From Guillardia theta CCMP2712 (Eukaryota; Protista; Cryptophyta): a stretch of DNA of 64,000 bases. The stretch spans positions 494,632 through 558,631 of the forward strand of contig NW_005434654.1 in the NCBI RefSeq assembly GCF_000315625.1, read 5' to 3'. The translations under genes and the position numbers were made by a program. Below the pieces are notes generated by a model, which saw nothing but the letters and a program-made list of their open reading frames with translations, was not told the DNA's origin and did not search any database. Numbering within the stretch: the stretch's first letter is position 1; the number at the start of each line of letters is the position of its first letter. Positions 13,150 through 24,559 of the stretch are shown in pieces.

Positions 13150-14730
13150 ATGTTCAATCGCCGGTCTCCACAACTGCAACCCTACCCCCCTACCCCCTAC
13201 CCTCTCCTGGTAACTCCCCGCCCCTCCTTTTCCGAATGTACCCCTACATGAACTAACCATCACCCCCAAGATGATAAGGATCTACCCACCCATAATGGTA
13301 TCTCACTGGTTCACCACCCCCCTGTTTTCCATGTAAACACCCACCAGTACTCTCCACCCTACCACCAAATGAGCCGTTTCTTGGAACCCCCACCATCCAA
13401 TTGCCCATAGACTACCCCCTTAAATCTCCATTCAGATACAGAGGTCCTCCGTGCACCCAGTGAATCGTCACCACCCCCTCGCTGGAGTTGTTATCGGTGT
13501 CCTTTTACCACCCTACCCCACCATTTGCAGCAAGGACCCTCAATCGACCTTTTGTACCCCTCTCAATTTCTCTGTGAACTGCTGGAGTCCTACCCACCCC
13601 TTCTCCTAAGGACCCCTACCCATAGGATTCTCCAAAAAGCACCCACCGGATATGAACTGAACTGGACCACCCTACCCCGCCATCTCATCCACCCCTGTCT
13701 CCCTCCTCAGGGTGAATGGCCAAAGTTGAGGACCAATTCATTTTATTACACGGGGGTCCAATTTCAAGGGAAAACAACCGCAATCAAGGGTGGGGTACTG
13801 AAATCTTGGACCCCTCTTCGCCACTACCAACAAGTGTTTCGCTACAAGTAGCGGGTAGGGTGGTGGCATATCCTGTTGTTCAGGGGGTACAAAATATGGG
13901 ATTTTCCATGGTAGTGGTCGATTCCGCTGAGGTGTGCAAGGTAGGGTACTCAAAAGGAGGGGGTCCACATGGAATTAAGATTTTGACCAGGGGGTAGGGG
14001 TGTTCCCTCACTGGATCTCCATTTTCGGCATTTTGATTGAAAAAGATCCACAGAAGATGGTGGACCAGAGCATCCCAAAATGGTGAAACTGCGCTGTAGT
14101 AAAAAGAGACAACAGTAACGGACTTTGTAACGTTCAAAGCGGCGTCCCTTGCGACCGGAATGTCATGTTTGTGGGACCCTTCCCATCCCCACGAAAAAGG
14201 GGGGTGCTGATGGTAGCAATCCAGATGCGAAAAAAAATGGTTTCACATAAGATCTGTAAAACAAATTTGTAGAATGCAAGTTTTTTAGGTGAAAACTAGT
14301 CTTTTGCGAATATGGCTTACGACCCTGTGGGACCTAAAAATTGGCGTGATTTACACGAACAACAAATGTGATTTGTTGGCCAACTTTGCATGGAATAGCC
14401 AAAGGCCTCCTTTCCATGGCCTGTCGAAGAGCCAAAGATTTCGGAGAGGTGGGGTTCGAAAACCACCGGGTGGAGGTCCAACAATGATCCATCAAGGACG
14501 GGTGGTTACATGAAGAGTTTGAGAAAATGGGGGTCTAATAATGGCAAACGTACCGGTGTGTAAAAAGGTCACATCAGGAGAGAGTGGTAGGGGTGCAAAT
14601 CGATAAGGAAAGGGTGGGGTAAATTGATATCTCTGGATGGGTGGGGCAGGGTCGTGGGGTACTAAATACGAACTAATAATTCACGACGGGCCCAGTAGTG
14701 TATGCTGAAAGCAGAGTTTGGGGGGGAGTG
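13150..14730. other. Divergent intergenic region with inverted C-rich to G-rich (ACCCC/GGGGT) strand skew
   Basis: CCCCTACCCC-type words dominate to ~13.8 kb and GGGGTAGGGG-type words after it. No credible ORF. Confidence 0.75.
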
Positions 14731-15069
14731 AGGCCTGAGAAGGCGAAGAAGAGAGTAGGCTACGACTCAGAAACAATCAGCCAGAGCAGGAGCTCGAGGA
14801 GTGAACAAGAAAAGTTGCACATAACAAACTTTGGGAAAGGTGAACATTCTGTGCTGGGTAAGCAAGCGATCCACCGCTCAATTCTTAGGAAACGGTTTTT
14901 AGCAGTGGTAAGGCAGAAAAAGTTACCACTTGTGCTGGTTACCAATCAGAATAGCCAAAATATTGCAACACACGACTTTGAAATATTTCTTGGCTTATTC
15001 TCAGGGAGGATTGGGTTCCAGAAATTACGTAACAACTGGTAGCCTTCGAGCAACATACGTTCCAAGATC

Positions 15070-15840
15070 ATGAAGGATACAGCGATGAACAACAAGGTCT
15101 TGAAGTCTCTCATCCGATCAAGATCTGCTGAGAATCTTATCGGAAATCTGCGCCTTGAACCCGTTCAAGAATGCAAGGAGGAGTACGAAGAGCTTGCAGA
15201 GAGTGGCATTTTGTCTCTGACCCATTCTTGTCAAGAAGACGAGTGCGCTTCAGGACCTCGTTCAGCGCTATCAGATACAAGCAACTGCTCGCATGCAGAG
15301 TTGTCAACAAGCCCCTTTCTTCTTCCCATTGAGGGTATGGAATCTTCTCACTCCGGGATGAGGAGAAGCAGCTCAGAGAACAACATCTGCTACAAAGGGA
15401 GCCTGATGAACAAGACATCCAGACCGTCTCAGCCCAGTCCGGCGTTCCAGGACTTCTTGTTGAAGATGCAAGCAGCAGAAGTTTGCAAAAAGTCGAATCA
15501 ACTCAAATTGCTTCACAAGATAAGTCGATCGCGGGGGAAGCAATACAGCGCCAAGATTTTTCGTGGCGATTCGTTTGGCGATCAACTGCGTAGCCGCTAC
15601 CTAGAGCGCCTCGGCATTACAAGACGGCGTGAAATGCAGGAGATTGTTCGAGTTGAAGAGAAGAAGCCCTCGGGAAACATGTCGAGCCGTACAGAGAAAG
15701 ATACGTCGCATCGTCGCATCGAGAAGCCGAAACAGCCTCAGAAAAAGCAAACGTGCAGTCAAGCTGCGTGCGCGAATAGGAGGAATACCAGTGTGCAGCC
15801 ACAGCAAGAGATGAACTACCTTGGCGGGTGGATCTTCTAA
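15070..15840 (+). CDS. Single-exon hypothetical protein (256 aa, Ser/basic low complexity)
   Basis: Clean ATG-to-TAA ORF followed by an AT-rich 3' region; no recognisable domain. Confidence 0.65.
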   Translation: MKDTAMNNKVLKSLIRSRSAENLIGNLRLEPVQECKEEYEELAESGILSLTHSCQEDECASGPRSALSDTSNCSHAELSTSPFLLPIEGMESSHSGMRRSSSENNICYKGSLMNKTSRPSQPSPAFQDFLLKMQAAEVCKKSNQLKLLHKISRSRGKQYSAKIFRGDSFGDQLRSRYLERLGITRRREMQEIVRVEEKKPSGNMSSRTEKDTSHRRIEKPKQPQKKQTCSQAACANRRNTSVQPQQEMNYLGGWIF

Positions 15841-16856
15841 CCCGTGAAGTGCTTCTTAATCGTCCAAAACAGTTTTTCTTCGTTTTACAAGCCCTTGTTA
15901 CATTACTTAACGTTGAAACTGAATCGTCCTGAAAACAATTCCAAGTTCAGCATCGGACTGAACTTGATTGCACTTGTTTTCCTTTGTAAAGCACAATGAT
16001 TATAGCCATTTCCAATCCAATAAACTAAAGACTAATACATTCGATGTCTATTTCTTTGCCGCCTCTCAGTACTTGATACGACTGAGCTGAGGAAACCGTG
16101 TGTCAGACACTGCTACTCAAAGCCGTTGAAGCCTGTTAAAAATCAGAACGAGGACAATCAAAATCAGGAGGCTGAGTAGAGGAGGCTTGACCCGGATCGG
16201 ACACTCAGTGACTGTCGCCGCGGCGCACGACAAAGAACTCTAACTTTAGTAAATCACTGCCGCCGCAGGAGAGGCTTCCGAAGTTCCGGGATTCGTGGGA
16301 CTCGGGCCGGGAGCCGCTGAGGCATTCCATGGCTTGACCCTGAGTAAAGATGACCCTGATAGGATCGGATCGGAAACCGTGAGCTCGCGGCTTTTCGCCG
16401 GAGTGCCGCAGGACTCCGACTGAGTAAAAGCCGCAGTGTGACAGTGCCGCTCCCCGCGGCCGCGGCGGCGTCCCGTCACCCGCCGGCAGCGTCACGGTAC
16501 TGAGTCGGATACCGTACCGGCGCTCGGATGCCGGCCCGGAGGCCGGGCCGGGCAACCGTTGTGGAGATACCGTACCGTGATACCGCGTGCTCAGTGATAG
16601 CCCGGCAGTGCCGGGTCCGACACCGGGGCCCGCAAGCATGACAATGGAGGCTGATGCTGACATGTTAAACAGCAACGTTTCACTGGACGTATCCTTCAAC
16701 GTGACCACAGCCAGTAAGCATCTGACATGGGTCACGCGGCCTGATATTTACCACACACGCCCTTCCGCCTATTTAAACAAACTCCCCCCGCACTTCAGGC
16801 TGTCACGTCAAACACAACCCACACCTCCTCCGCCCCCTTCTCCGCCCATCGTCTCC

Positions 16857-17093
16857 ATGGTCCAGATCGACTTGTCCTGCATCGCTCCTTCCTCCTCCTC
16901 TCCTGCTCCTGACTCCCCCAAGTCTCCCTCTCCTCGCCCCCTCTCTCCGGATACCAACGACCAAGCCTGCCGTCACGCCAAGTACGGATGCCCCAGCCGT
17001 CGCAAGCAGCTCGAGTGTCTCGCGGCGGCGTCGCGGCTGATCCAGCGTCATGCGCAGATCTCAGGCGTGAGCGGGAGGGTCCTGCAGCTGTAA
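16857..17093 (+). CDS. Orphan 78-aa microprotein, copy 1 (MVQIDLSCIAP...CRHAKYGCPSRRKQLEC...RVLQL)
   Basis: Sequence conservation among all copies is tightest from just before the ATG to the TAA. TATTTAAA box ~85 bp upstream; AATAAA ~95 bp downstream. Confidence 0.75.
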   Translation: MVQIDLSCIAPSSSSPAPDSPKSPSPRPLSPDTNDQACRHAKYGCPSRRKQLECLAAASRLIQRHAQISGVSGRVLQL

Positions 17094-18304
17094 ACGAGGG
17101 GAGGGCGACACAGAGGCGGGGGAGGAAGTAGCCTGTAATCTAATCACCTGTAGACTAATACGAAGAGGACACGAGCTGTGTTCGTGTATGAATAAAGCGA
17201 TGTACAGTAGAGCAGACTGGGCGAGCTTTTTGCATGCTGAGATCAAGGCGGACACGTAGAGGCCTTGCACAGCAGACATCCCCCCACACTTGTCTAGCCT
17301 AATGTACACACCCAGACGAACGGGCACATTGCACGCAATAATGCAAGCTAAGCCCTGCTGCTAGACCCTTCACCTTCCTAGCATCATCTTTTGTCACTGG
17401 CTGGGTCCTTTCAATAATGCTGGCCTGGCTGTCTCGCACGGTGCCTCAAGTACTGGTGCCTGACTAGAATCACCCTGCCGACAAATCATAATGTTGGCTC
17501 TGATCAAACAGTTTTCTGCAGGCGGAAATCCTCCCTCCTCGGACATGTCGATTTGTTTCGATCAATACATCTCAAGGATTGAAACTGACCCATTTGCTAA
17601 CAGATGTTGTACATACACAAGCCTCGGGAACGAGAGAGATCACCAGAGCAATCACTACTACGTTTACTAGAAACACAACGAGCACCGGCGAAGAGCTACT
17701 GCTGTCGGGTAGGACCAAAAACCTATTCCCCTACAAGTGCAGAGTATGTATGAGGTATGAGGCTTTGGTCCGGTCTACCGCAAAGCTACACTACTGCTGG
17801 AACTCTGATTAGTCCCATCAAGAACTCTGATTAATCCCATCAAGAACATGAACCGATTGACACTGAATAGACACAAACTTGCGAGTTGTGTTGGAAACAT
17901 GCGAGCGAGTGGAAAACGCCGACTGCGTATGATACTCACCAGGTACCACCACACTTGATCAGAGTACCGAAAGACGCATTCTGAGAAGCCCCAACTGGCT
18001 GATAGCTAATAATCCTGAAGTATAGAAACGCACCTCCTGGATCAACTATCCCTCCAGACTAGTCAGTAAAGGTCCCGTCGTCGGCGAGAGTTCCCGATTG
18101 ATCTGAAAAGAACTTGATGACATAAAAGGAGATTAAAAAGCTGACCAGCTGACATCTCCCTGTGAGCGTGTGACATGGGTCACGCGGCCTGATATTTACC
18201 ACACACGCCCTTCCGCCTATTTAAACAAACTCCCCCCGCACTTCAGGCTGTCACGTCAAACACAACCCACACCTCCTCCGCCCCCTTCTCCGCCCATCGT
18301 CTCC

Positions 18305-18541
18305 ATGGTCCAGATCGACTTGTCCTGCATCGCTCCTTCCTCCTCCTCTCCTGCTCCTGACTCCCCCAAGTCTCCCTCTCCTCGCCCCCTCTCTCCGGAT
18401 ACCAACGACCAAGCCTGCCGTCACGCCAAGTACGGATGCCCCAGCCGTCGCAAGCAGCTCGAGTGTCTCGCGGCGGCGTCGCGGCTGATCCAGCGTCATG
18501 CGCAGATCTCGGGCGTGAGCGGGAGGGTCCTGCAGCTGTAA
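18305..18541 (+). CDS. 78-aa microprotein, copy 2
   Basis: Same protein as copy 1; synonymous TCA>TCG. Confidence 0.75.
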   Translation: MVQIDLSCIAPSSSSPAPDSPKSPSPRPLSPDTNDQACRHAKYGCPSRRKQLECLAAASRLIQRHAQISGVSGRVLQL

Positions 18542-19752
18542 ACGAGGGGAGGGCGACACAGAGGCGGGGGAGGAAGTAGCCTGTAATCTAATCACCTGTA
18601 GACTAATACGAAGAGGACACGAGCTGTGTTCGTGTATGAATAAAGCGATGTACAGTAGAGCAGACTGGGCGAGCTTTTTGCATGCTGAGATCAAGGCGGA
18701 CACGTAGAGGCCTTGCACAGCAGACATCCCCCCACACTTGTCTAGCCTAATGTACACACCCAGACGAACGGGCACATTGCACGCAATAATGCAAGCTAAG
18801 CCCTGCTGCTAGACCCTTCACCTTCCTAGCATCATCTTTTGTCACTGGCTGGGTCCTTTCAATAATGCTGGCCTGGCTGTCTCGCACGGTGCCTCAAGTA
18901 CTGGTGCCTGACTAGAATCACCCTGCCGACAAATCATAATGTTGGCTCTGATCAAACAGTTTTCTGCAGGCGGAAATCCTCCCTCCTCGGACATGTCGAT
19001 TTGTTTCGATCAATACATCTCAAGGATTGAAACTGACCCATTTGCTAACAGATGTTGTACATACACAAGCCTCGGGAACGAGAGAGATCACCAGAGCAAT
19101 CACTACTACGTTTACTAGAAACACAACGAGCACCGGCGAAGAGCTACTGCTGTCGGGTAGGACCAAAAACCTATTCCCCTACAAGTGCAGAGTATGTATG
19201 AGGTATGAGGCTTTGGTCCGGTCTACCGCAAAGCTACACTACTGCTGGAACTCTGATTAGTCCCATCAAGAACTCTGATTAATCCCATCAAGAACATGAA
19301 CCGATTGACACTGAATAGACACAAACTTGCGAGTTGTGTTGGAAACATGCGAGCGAGTGGAAAACGCCGACTGCGTATGATACTCACCAGATACCACCAC
19401 ACTTGATCAGAGTACCGAAAGACGCATTCTGAGAAGCCCCAACTGGCTGATAGCTAATAATCCTGAAGTATAGAAACGCACCTCCTGGATCAACTATCCC
19501 TCCAGACTAGTCAGTAAAGGTCCCGTCGTCAGCGAGAGTTCCCGATTGATCTGAAAAGAACTTGATGACATAAAAGGAGATTAAAAAGCTGACCAGCTGA
19601 CATCTCCCTGTAAGCGTGTGACATGGGTCACGCGGCCTGATATTTACCACACACGCCCTTCCGCCTATTTAAACAAACTCCCCCCGCACTTCAGGCTGTC
19701 ACGTCAAACACAACCCACACCTCCTCCGCCCCCTTCTCCGCCCATCGTCTCC

Positions 19753-19989
19753 ATGGTCCAGATCGACTTGTCCTGCATCGCTCCTTCCTCCTCCTCTCCT
19801 GCTCCTGACTCCCCCAAGTCTCCCTCTCCTCGCCCCCTCTCTCCGGATACCAACGACCAAGCCTGCCGTCACGCCAAGTACGGATGCCCCAGCCGTCGCA
19901 AGCAGCTCGAGTGTCTCGCGGCGGCGTCGCGGCTGATCCAGCGTCATGCGCAGATCTCAGGCGTGAGCGGGAGGGTCCTGCAGCTGTAA
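19753..19989 (+). CDS. 78-aa microprotein, copy 3
   Basis: Same protein as copy 1. Confidence 0.75.
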   Translation: MVQIDLSCIAPSSSSPAPDSPKSPSPRPLSPDTNDQACRHAKYGCPSRRKQLECLAAASRLIQRHAQISGVSGRVLQL

Positions 19990-20870
19990 ACGAGGGGAGG
20001 GCGACACAGAGGCGGGGGAGGAAGTAGCCTGTAATCTAATCACGTGTAGACTAATACGAAGAGGACACGAGCTGTGTTCGTGTATGAATAAAGCGATGTA
20101 CAGTAGAGCAGACTGGGCGAGCTTTTTGCATGCTGAGATCAAGGCGGACACGTAGAGGCCTTGCACAGCAGACATCCCCCCACACTTGTCTAGCCTAATG
20201 TACACACCCAGACGAACGGGCACATTGCACGCAATAATGCAAGCTAAGCCCTGCTGCTAGACCCTTCACCTTCCTAGCATCATCTTTTGTCACTGGCTGG
20301 GTCCTTTCAATAATGCTGGCCTGGCTGTCTCGCACGGTGCCTCAAGTACTGGTGCCTGACTAGAATCACCCTGCCGACAAATCATAATGTTGGCTCTGAT
20401 CAAACAGTTTTCTGCAGGCGGAAATCCTCCCTCCTCGGACATGTCGATTTGTTTCGATCAATACATCTCAAGGATTGAAACTGACCCATTTGCTAACAGA
20501 TGTTGTACATACACAAGCCTCGGGAACGAGAGAGATCACCAGAGCAATCACTACTACGTTTACTAGAAACACAACGAGCACCGGCGAAGAGCTACTGCTG
20601 TCGGGTAGGACCAAAAACCTATTCCCCTACAAGTGCAGAGTATGTATGAGGTATGAGGCTTTGGTCCGGTCTACCGCAAAGCTACACTACTGCTGGAACT
20701 CTGATTAATCCCATCAAGAACATGAACCGATTGACACTGAATAGACACAAACTTGCGAGTTGTGTTGGAAACATGCGAGCGAGTGGAAAACGCCGACTGC
20801 GTATGATACTCACCAGGTACCACCACACTTGATCAGAGTACCGAAAGACGCATTCTGAGAAGCCCCAACT

Positions 20871-21062
20871 CCTGCTCCTGACTCCCCCAAGTCTCCCTCT
20901 CCTCGCCCCCTCTATCCGGATACCAACGACCAAGCCTGCCGTCACGCCAAGTACGGATGCCCCAGCCGTCGCAAGCAGCTCGAGTGTCTCGCGGCGGCGT
21001 CGCGGCTGATCCAGCGTCATGCGCAGATCTCGGGCGTGAGCGGGAGGGTCCTGCAGCTGTAA
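20871..21062 (+). pseudogene. 5'-truncated microprotein, copy 4 (promoter and first ~15 codons deleted)
   Basis: Type-A spacer ...AGCCCCAACT joins directly to CCTGCTCCTGAC in mid-ORF; no ATG. Confidence 0.85.
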
Positions 21063-22215
21063 ACGAGGGGAGGGCGACACAGAGGCGGGGCAAGGAAGTA
21101 GCCTGTAATCTAAGCACGTGTAGACTAATACGAAGAGGACACGAGCTGTGTTCGTGTATGAATAAAGCGATGTACAGTAGAGCAGACTGGGCGAGCTTTT
21201 TGCATGCTGAGATCAAGGCGGACACGTAGAGGCCTTGCACAGCAGACATCCCCCCACACTTGCTTCGGTCCATCTGCCATCAGACCGTAGGGTAAGGCAA
21301 CTAAGCTGATACTCCGAGTCCAGCATTGCATGAAAACACGACATTAGAATGCCACGCTTGAGAGGCTAGACGTCTAGGAGTGCAGGCGAGGATCGGAACG
21401 GCAATAATGTAGTGTAGTCATAATGTAGGATCACTGAGTGGCATCCGGCGCTGCCCGCTAAGGACTAGAGTCGGACGGCTACCGTAGTGCTAGTACAGTA
21501 CTACTCTGAGTACGGTAAACAGTTCAAGTTCGCCGATTCTTAACGTTGCACGAGTCACTAGTAGTGTCTGATGGGTGAGTCACAGACGGTTTGCCACGCA
21601 GACTCGGTATGGCAAGTTCAGTTCCGCTGAGCACTGCACTCAAAGCCTCGGAGCTAATAGCACTCCAGCAAGAGAAGCTATCACCGGGTCTTTTTGGGCG
21701 ACAGGGAGTGCCAAGTACCGTAGTACGGGTGATATCTCTTGTACTGGTACGATCCGGGATGAACCTCGAGGAGCGCGGCCTGAACTGAGAGAGCAACCTG
21801 ACCTGGAGTAACTTGCGGCGGACGCACCGTGACGAACTTTCATCAGAGCAGTGCCACGGTGCAACGTAACTTAAAGCTTCCGCCGAAGCCTTCGGGATGT
21901 GACGTCAGTGGCAGGATTCGGGCCCGCAGCGCGGCCCGCCCGGATGACGGGCGGACTTCGAAACTAAGTTCCGAGTCCCGACCGGAGGGCCAGTCACTCT
22001 GGGCCGCTCGGAACGCAGTTGATCAGCTGACAAAGGGGGCAGAGATCGTTCTGCTGACATCTCTCGTGACCACAGCCTGTAAGCAACCTAACGTCCGATA
22101 TTTACCACACACGCCCTTCCGCCCTCATAAACTCTTGAGGCTGTCACACTTGCATTCACCACAGCCACATCCTCCGCCTCCTTCTCCTTCGCCCCCTCCT
22201 CCGCCCATCGTCTCC

Positions 22216-22452
22216 ATGGTCCAGATCGACTTGTCCTGCATCGCTCCTTCCTCCTCCTCTCCTGCTCCTGACTCCCCCAAGTCTCCCTCTCCTCGCCCCC
22301 TCTATCCGGATACCAACGACCAAGCCTGCCGTCACGCCAAGTACGGATGCCCCAGCCGTCGCAAGCAGCTCGAGTGTCTCGCGGCGGCGTCGCGGCTGAT
22401 CCAGCGTCATGCGCAGATCTCGGGCGTGAGCGGGAGGATCCTGCAGCTGTAA
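22216..22452 (+). CDS. 78-aa microprotein, copy 5 (S>Y, V>I variants)
   Basis: Intact ORF with type-B upstream flank. Confidence 0.75.
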   Translation: MVQIDLSCIAPSSSSPAPDSPKSPSPRPLYPDTNDQACRHAKYGCPSRRKQLECLAAASRLIQRHAQISGVSGRILQL

Positions 22453-23268
22453 ACGAGGGGAGGGCGACACAGAGGCGGGGAAAGGAAGTAGCCTGTAATC
22501 TAATCACCTGTAGACTAATACGAAGAGGACACGAGCTGTGTTCGTGTATGAATAAAGCGATGTACAGTAGAGCAGACTGGGCGAGCTTTTTGCATGCTGA
22601 GATCAAGGCGGACACGTAGAGGCCTTGCACAGCTGACATCCCCCCACACTTGCTTCGGTCCATCTGCCATCAGACCGTAGGGTAAGGCAACTAAGCTGAT
22701 ACTCCGAGTCCAGCATTGCATGAAAACACGACATTAGAATGCCACGCTTGAGAGGCTAGATGTCTAGGAGTGCAGGCGAGGATCGGAAGGGAAATGATGT
22801 AATGTACATGCAAGGTCAGCTAGACAAGCCGCTCCATGAAACTACCGTGCATGCCATCAACTGGCGGGATACCAGGAGACGGAGACGGCCCTCAGCGTAC
22901 ATCCGAGTGCCAAAGTGACCAGTAGTCGTACTGATTTCCGGGATTCCATGCCATCGATGCTCCCGCTGCCAGGCGTTCCGTTCAATCTTTACTTCCGAGC
23001 CATACTTCAGTGTCCGGAGCCGGTGGCAGGGCCCGGCTTGGCGACCGGGGGGCCCGTGACTCCGGGTACGGTTGATCAGCTGACAAAGGGGGCAGAGATC
23101 GTTCTGCTGACATCTCTCGTGACCACAGCCTGTAAGCATCTTAACCTCCGATATTTACCACACACGCCCTTCCGCCCTCATAAACTCTTGAGGCTGTCAC
23201 ACTTGCATTCACCACAGCCACATCCTCCGCCTCCTTCTCCTTCGCCCCCTCCTCAGCCCATCGTCTCC

Positions 23269-23505
23269 ATGGTCCAGATCGACTTGTCCTGCATCGCTCC
23301 TTCCTCCTCCTCTCCTGCTCCTGACTCCCCCAAGTCTCCCTCTCCTCGCCCCCTCTATCCGGATACCAACGACCAAGCCTGCCGTCACGCCAAGTACGGA
23401 TGCCCCAGCCGTCGCAAGCAGCTCGAGTGTCTCGCGGCGGCGTCGCGGCTGATCCAGCGTCATGCGCAGATCTCAGGCGTGAGCGGGAGGGTCCTGCAGC
23501 TGTAA
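23269..23505 (+). CDS. 78-aa microprotein, copy 6 (S>Y)
   Basis: Intact ORF with type-B flanks. Confidence 0.75.
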   Translation: MVQIDLSCIAPSSSSPAPDSPKSPSPRPLYPDTNDQACRHAKYGCPSRRKQLECLAAASRLIQRHAQISGVSGRVLQL

Positions 23506-24322
23506 ACGAGGGGAGGGCGACACAGAGGCGGGGGAGGAAGTAGCCTGTAATCTAATCACCTGTAGACTAATACGAAGAGGACACGAGCTGTGTTCGTGTA
23601 TGAATAAAGCGATGTACAGTAGAGCAGACTGGGCGAGCTTTTTGCATGCTGAGATCAAGGCGGACACGTAGAGGCCTTGCACAGCTGACATCCCCCCCAC
23701 TTGCTTCGGTCCATCTGCCATCAGACCGTAGGGTAAGGCCCAACTAAGCTGATACTCCGAGTCCAGCATTGCATGAAAACACGACATTAGAATGCCACGC
23801 TTGAGAGGCTAGACGTCTAGGAGTGCAGGCGAGGATCGGAAGGGAAATGATGTAATGTACATGCAAGGTCAGCTAGATAAGCCGCTCCATGAAACTACCG
23901 TGCATGAACTGGCGGGATACCAGGAGACGGAGACGGCCCTCAGCGTACATCCGAGTGAAAGTGACTAGTAGTCGTACTGATTTCCGAAGTTCCGAGATTC
24001 CATGCCATCGATGCTCCTGCTCCCGCTGCCAGGCGTTCCGTTCAATATTTACTTCAAACTTCAGTGTCCGGAGCCGGTGGCAGGGCCCGGCTTGGCGACC
24101 GGGGGGGGCGTGACTCCGGGTACGGTTGATCAGCTGACAAAGGGGGCAGAGATCGTTCTGCTGACATCTCTCGTGACCACAGCCTGTAAGCAACCTAACG
24201 TCCGATATTTACCACACACGCCCTTCCGCCCTCATAAACTCTTGAGGCTGTCACACTTGCATTCACCACAGCCACATCCTCCGCCCCCTTCTCCTTCGCC
24301 CCCTTCTCCGCCCATCGTCTCC

Positions 24323-24559
24323 ATGGTCCAGATCGACTTGTCCTGCATCGCTCCTTCCTCCTCCTCTCCTGCTCCTGACTCCCCCAAGTCTCCCTCTCCT
24401 CGCCCCCTCTCTCCGGATACCAACGACCAAGCCTGCCGTCACGCCAAGTACGGATGCCCCAGCCGTCGCAAGCAGCTCGAGTGTCTCGCGGCGGCGTCGC
24501 GGCTGATCCGGCAGCATGCGCAGATCTCGGGCGTGAGCGGGAGGGTCCTGCAGCTGTAA
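24323..24559 (+). CDS. 78-aa microprotein, copy 7 (QRH>RQH)
   Basis: Intact ORF; 3' flank diverges immediately after the TAA. Confidence 0.75.
   Translation: MVQIDLSCIAPSSSSPAPDSPKSPSPRPLSPDTNDQACRHAKYGCPSRRKQLECLAAASRLIRQHAQISGVSGRVLQL

Noticed and set aside
13525-14513. ORFs within the G/C-skewed intergenic tract
   Set aside because: Short, non-ATG or compositionally biased, with no splice pattern or motifs.
16723-20870. 1448-bp units as pure assembly artefact
   Set aside because: Units carry distinguishing variants (TCA/TCG, AGGTAC/AGATAC, GTGAGC/GTAAGC, CACCTG/CACGTG, 22-bp repeat loss), though read confirmation is still needed.
16587-24559. Longer 123-207 aa versions of the microprotein ORF and antisense ORFs in the ORF track
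   Set aside because: The extensions differ between copies, mostly use non-ATG or spacer starts, and run through the TATA-like box and hypervariable spacer.
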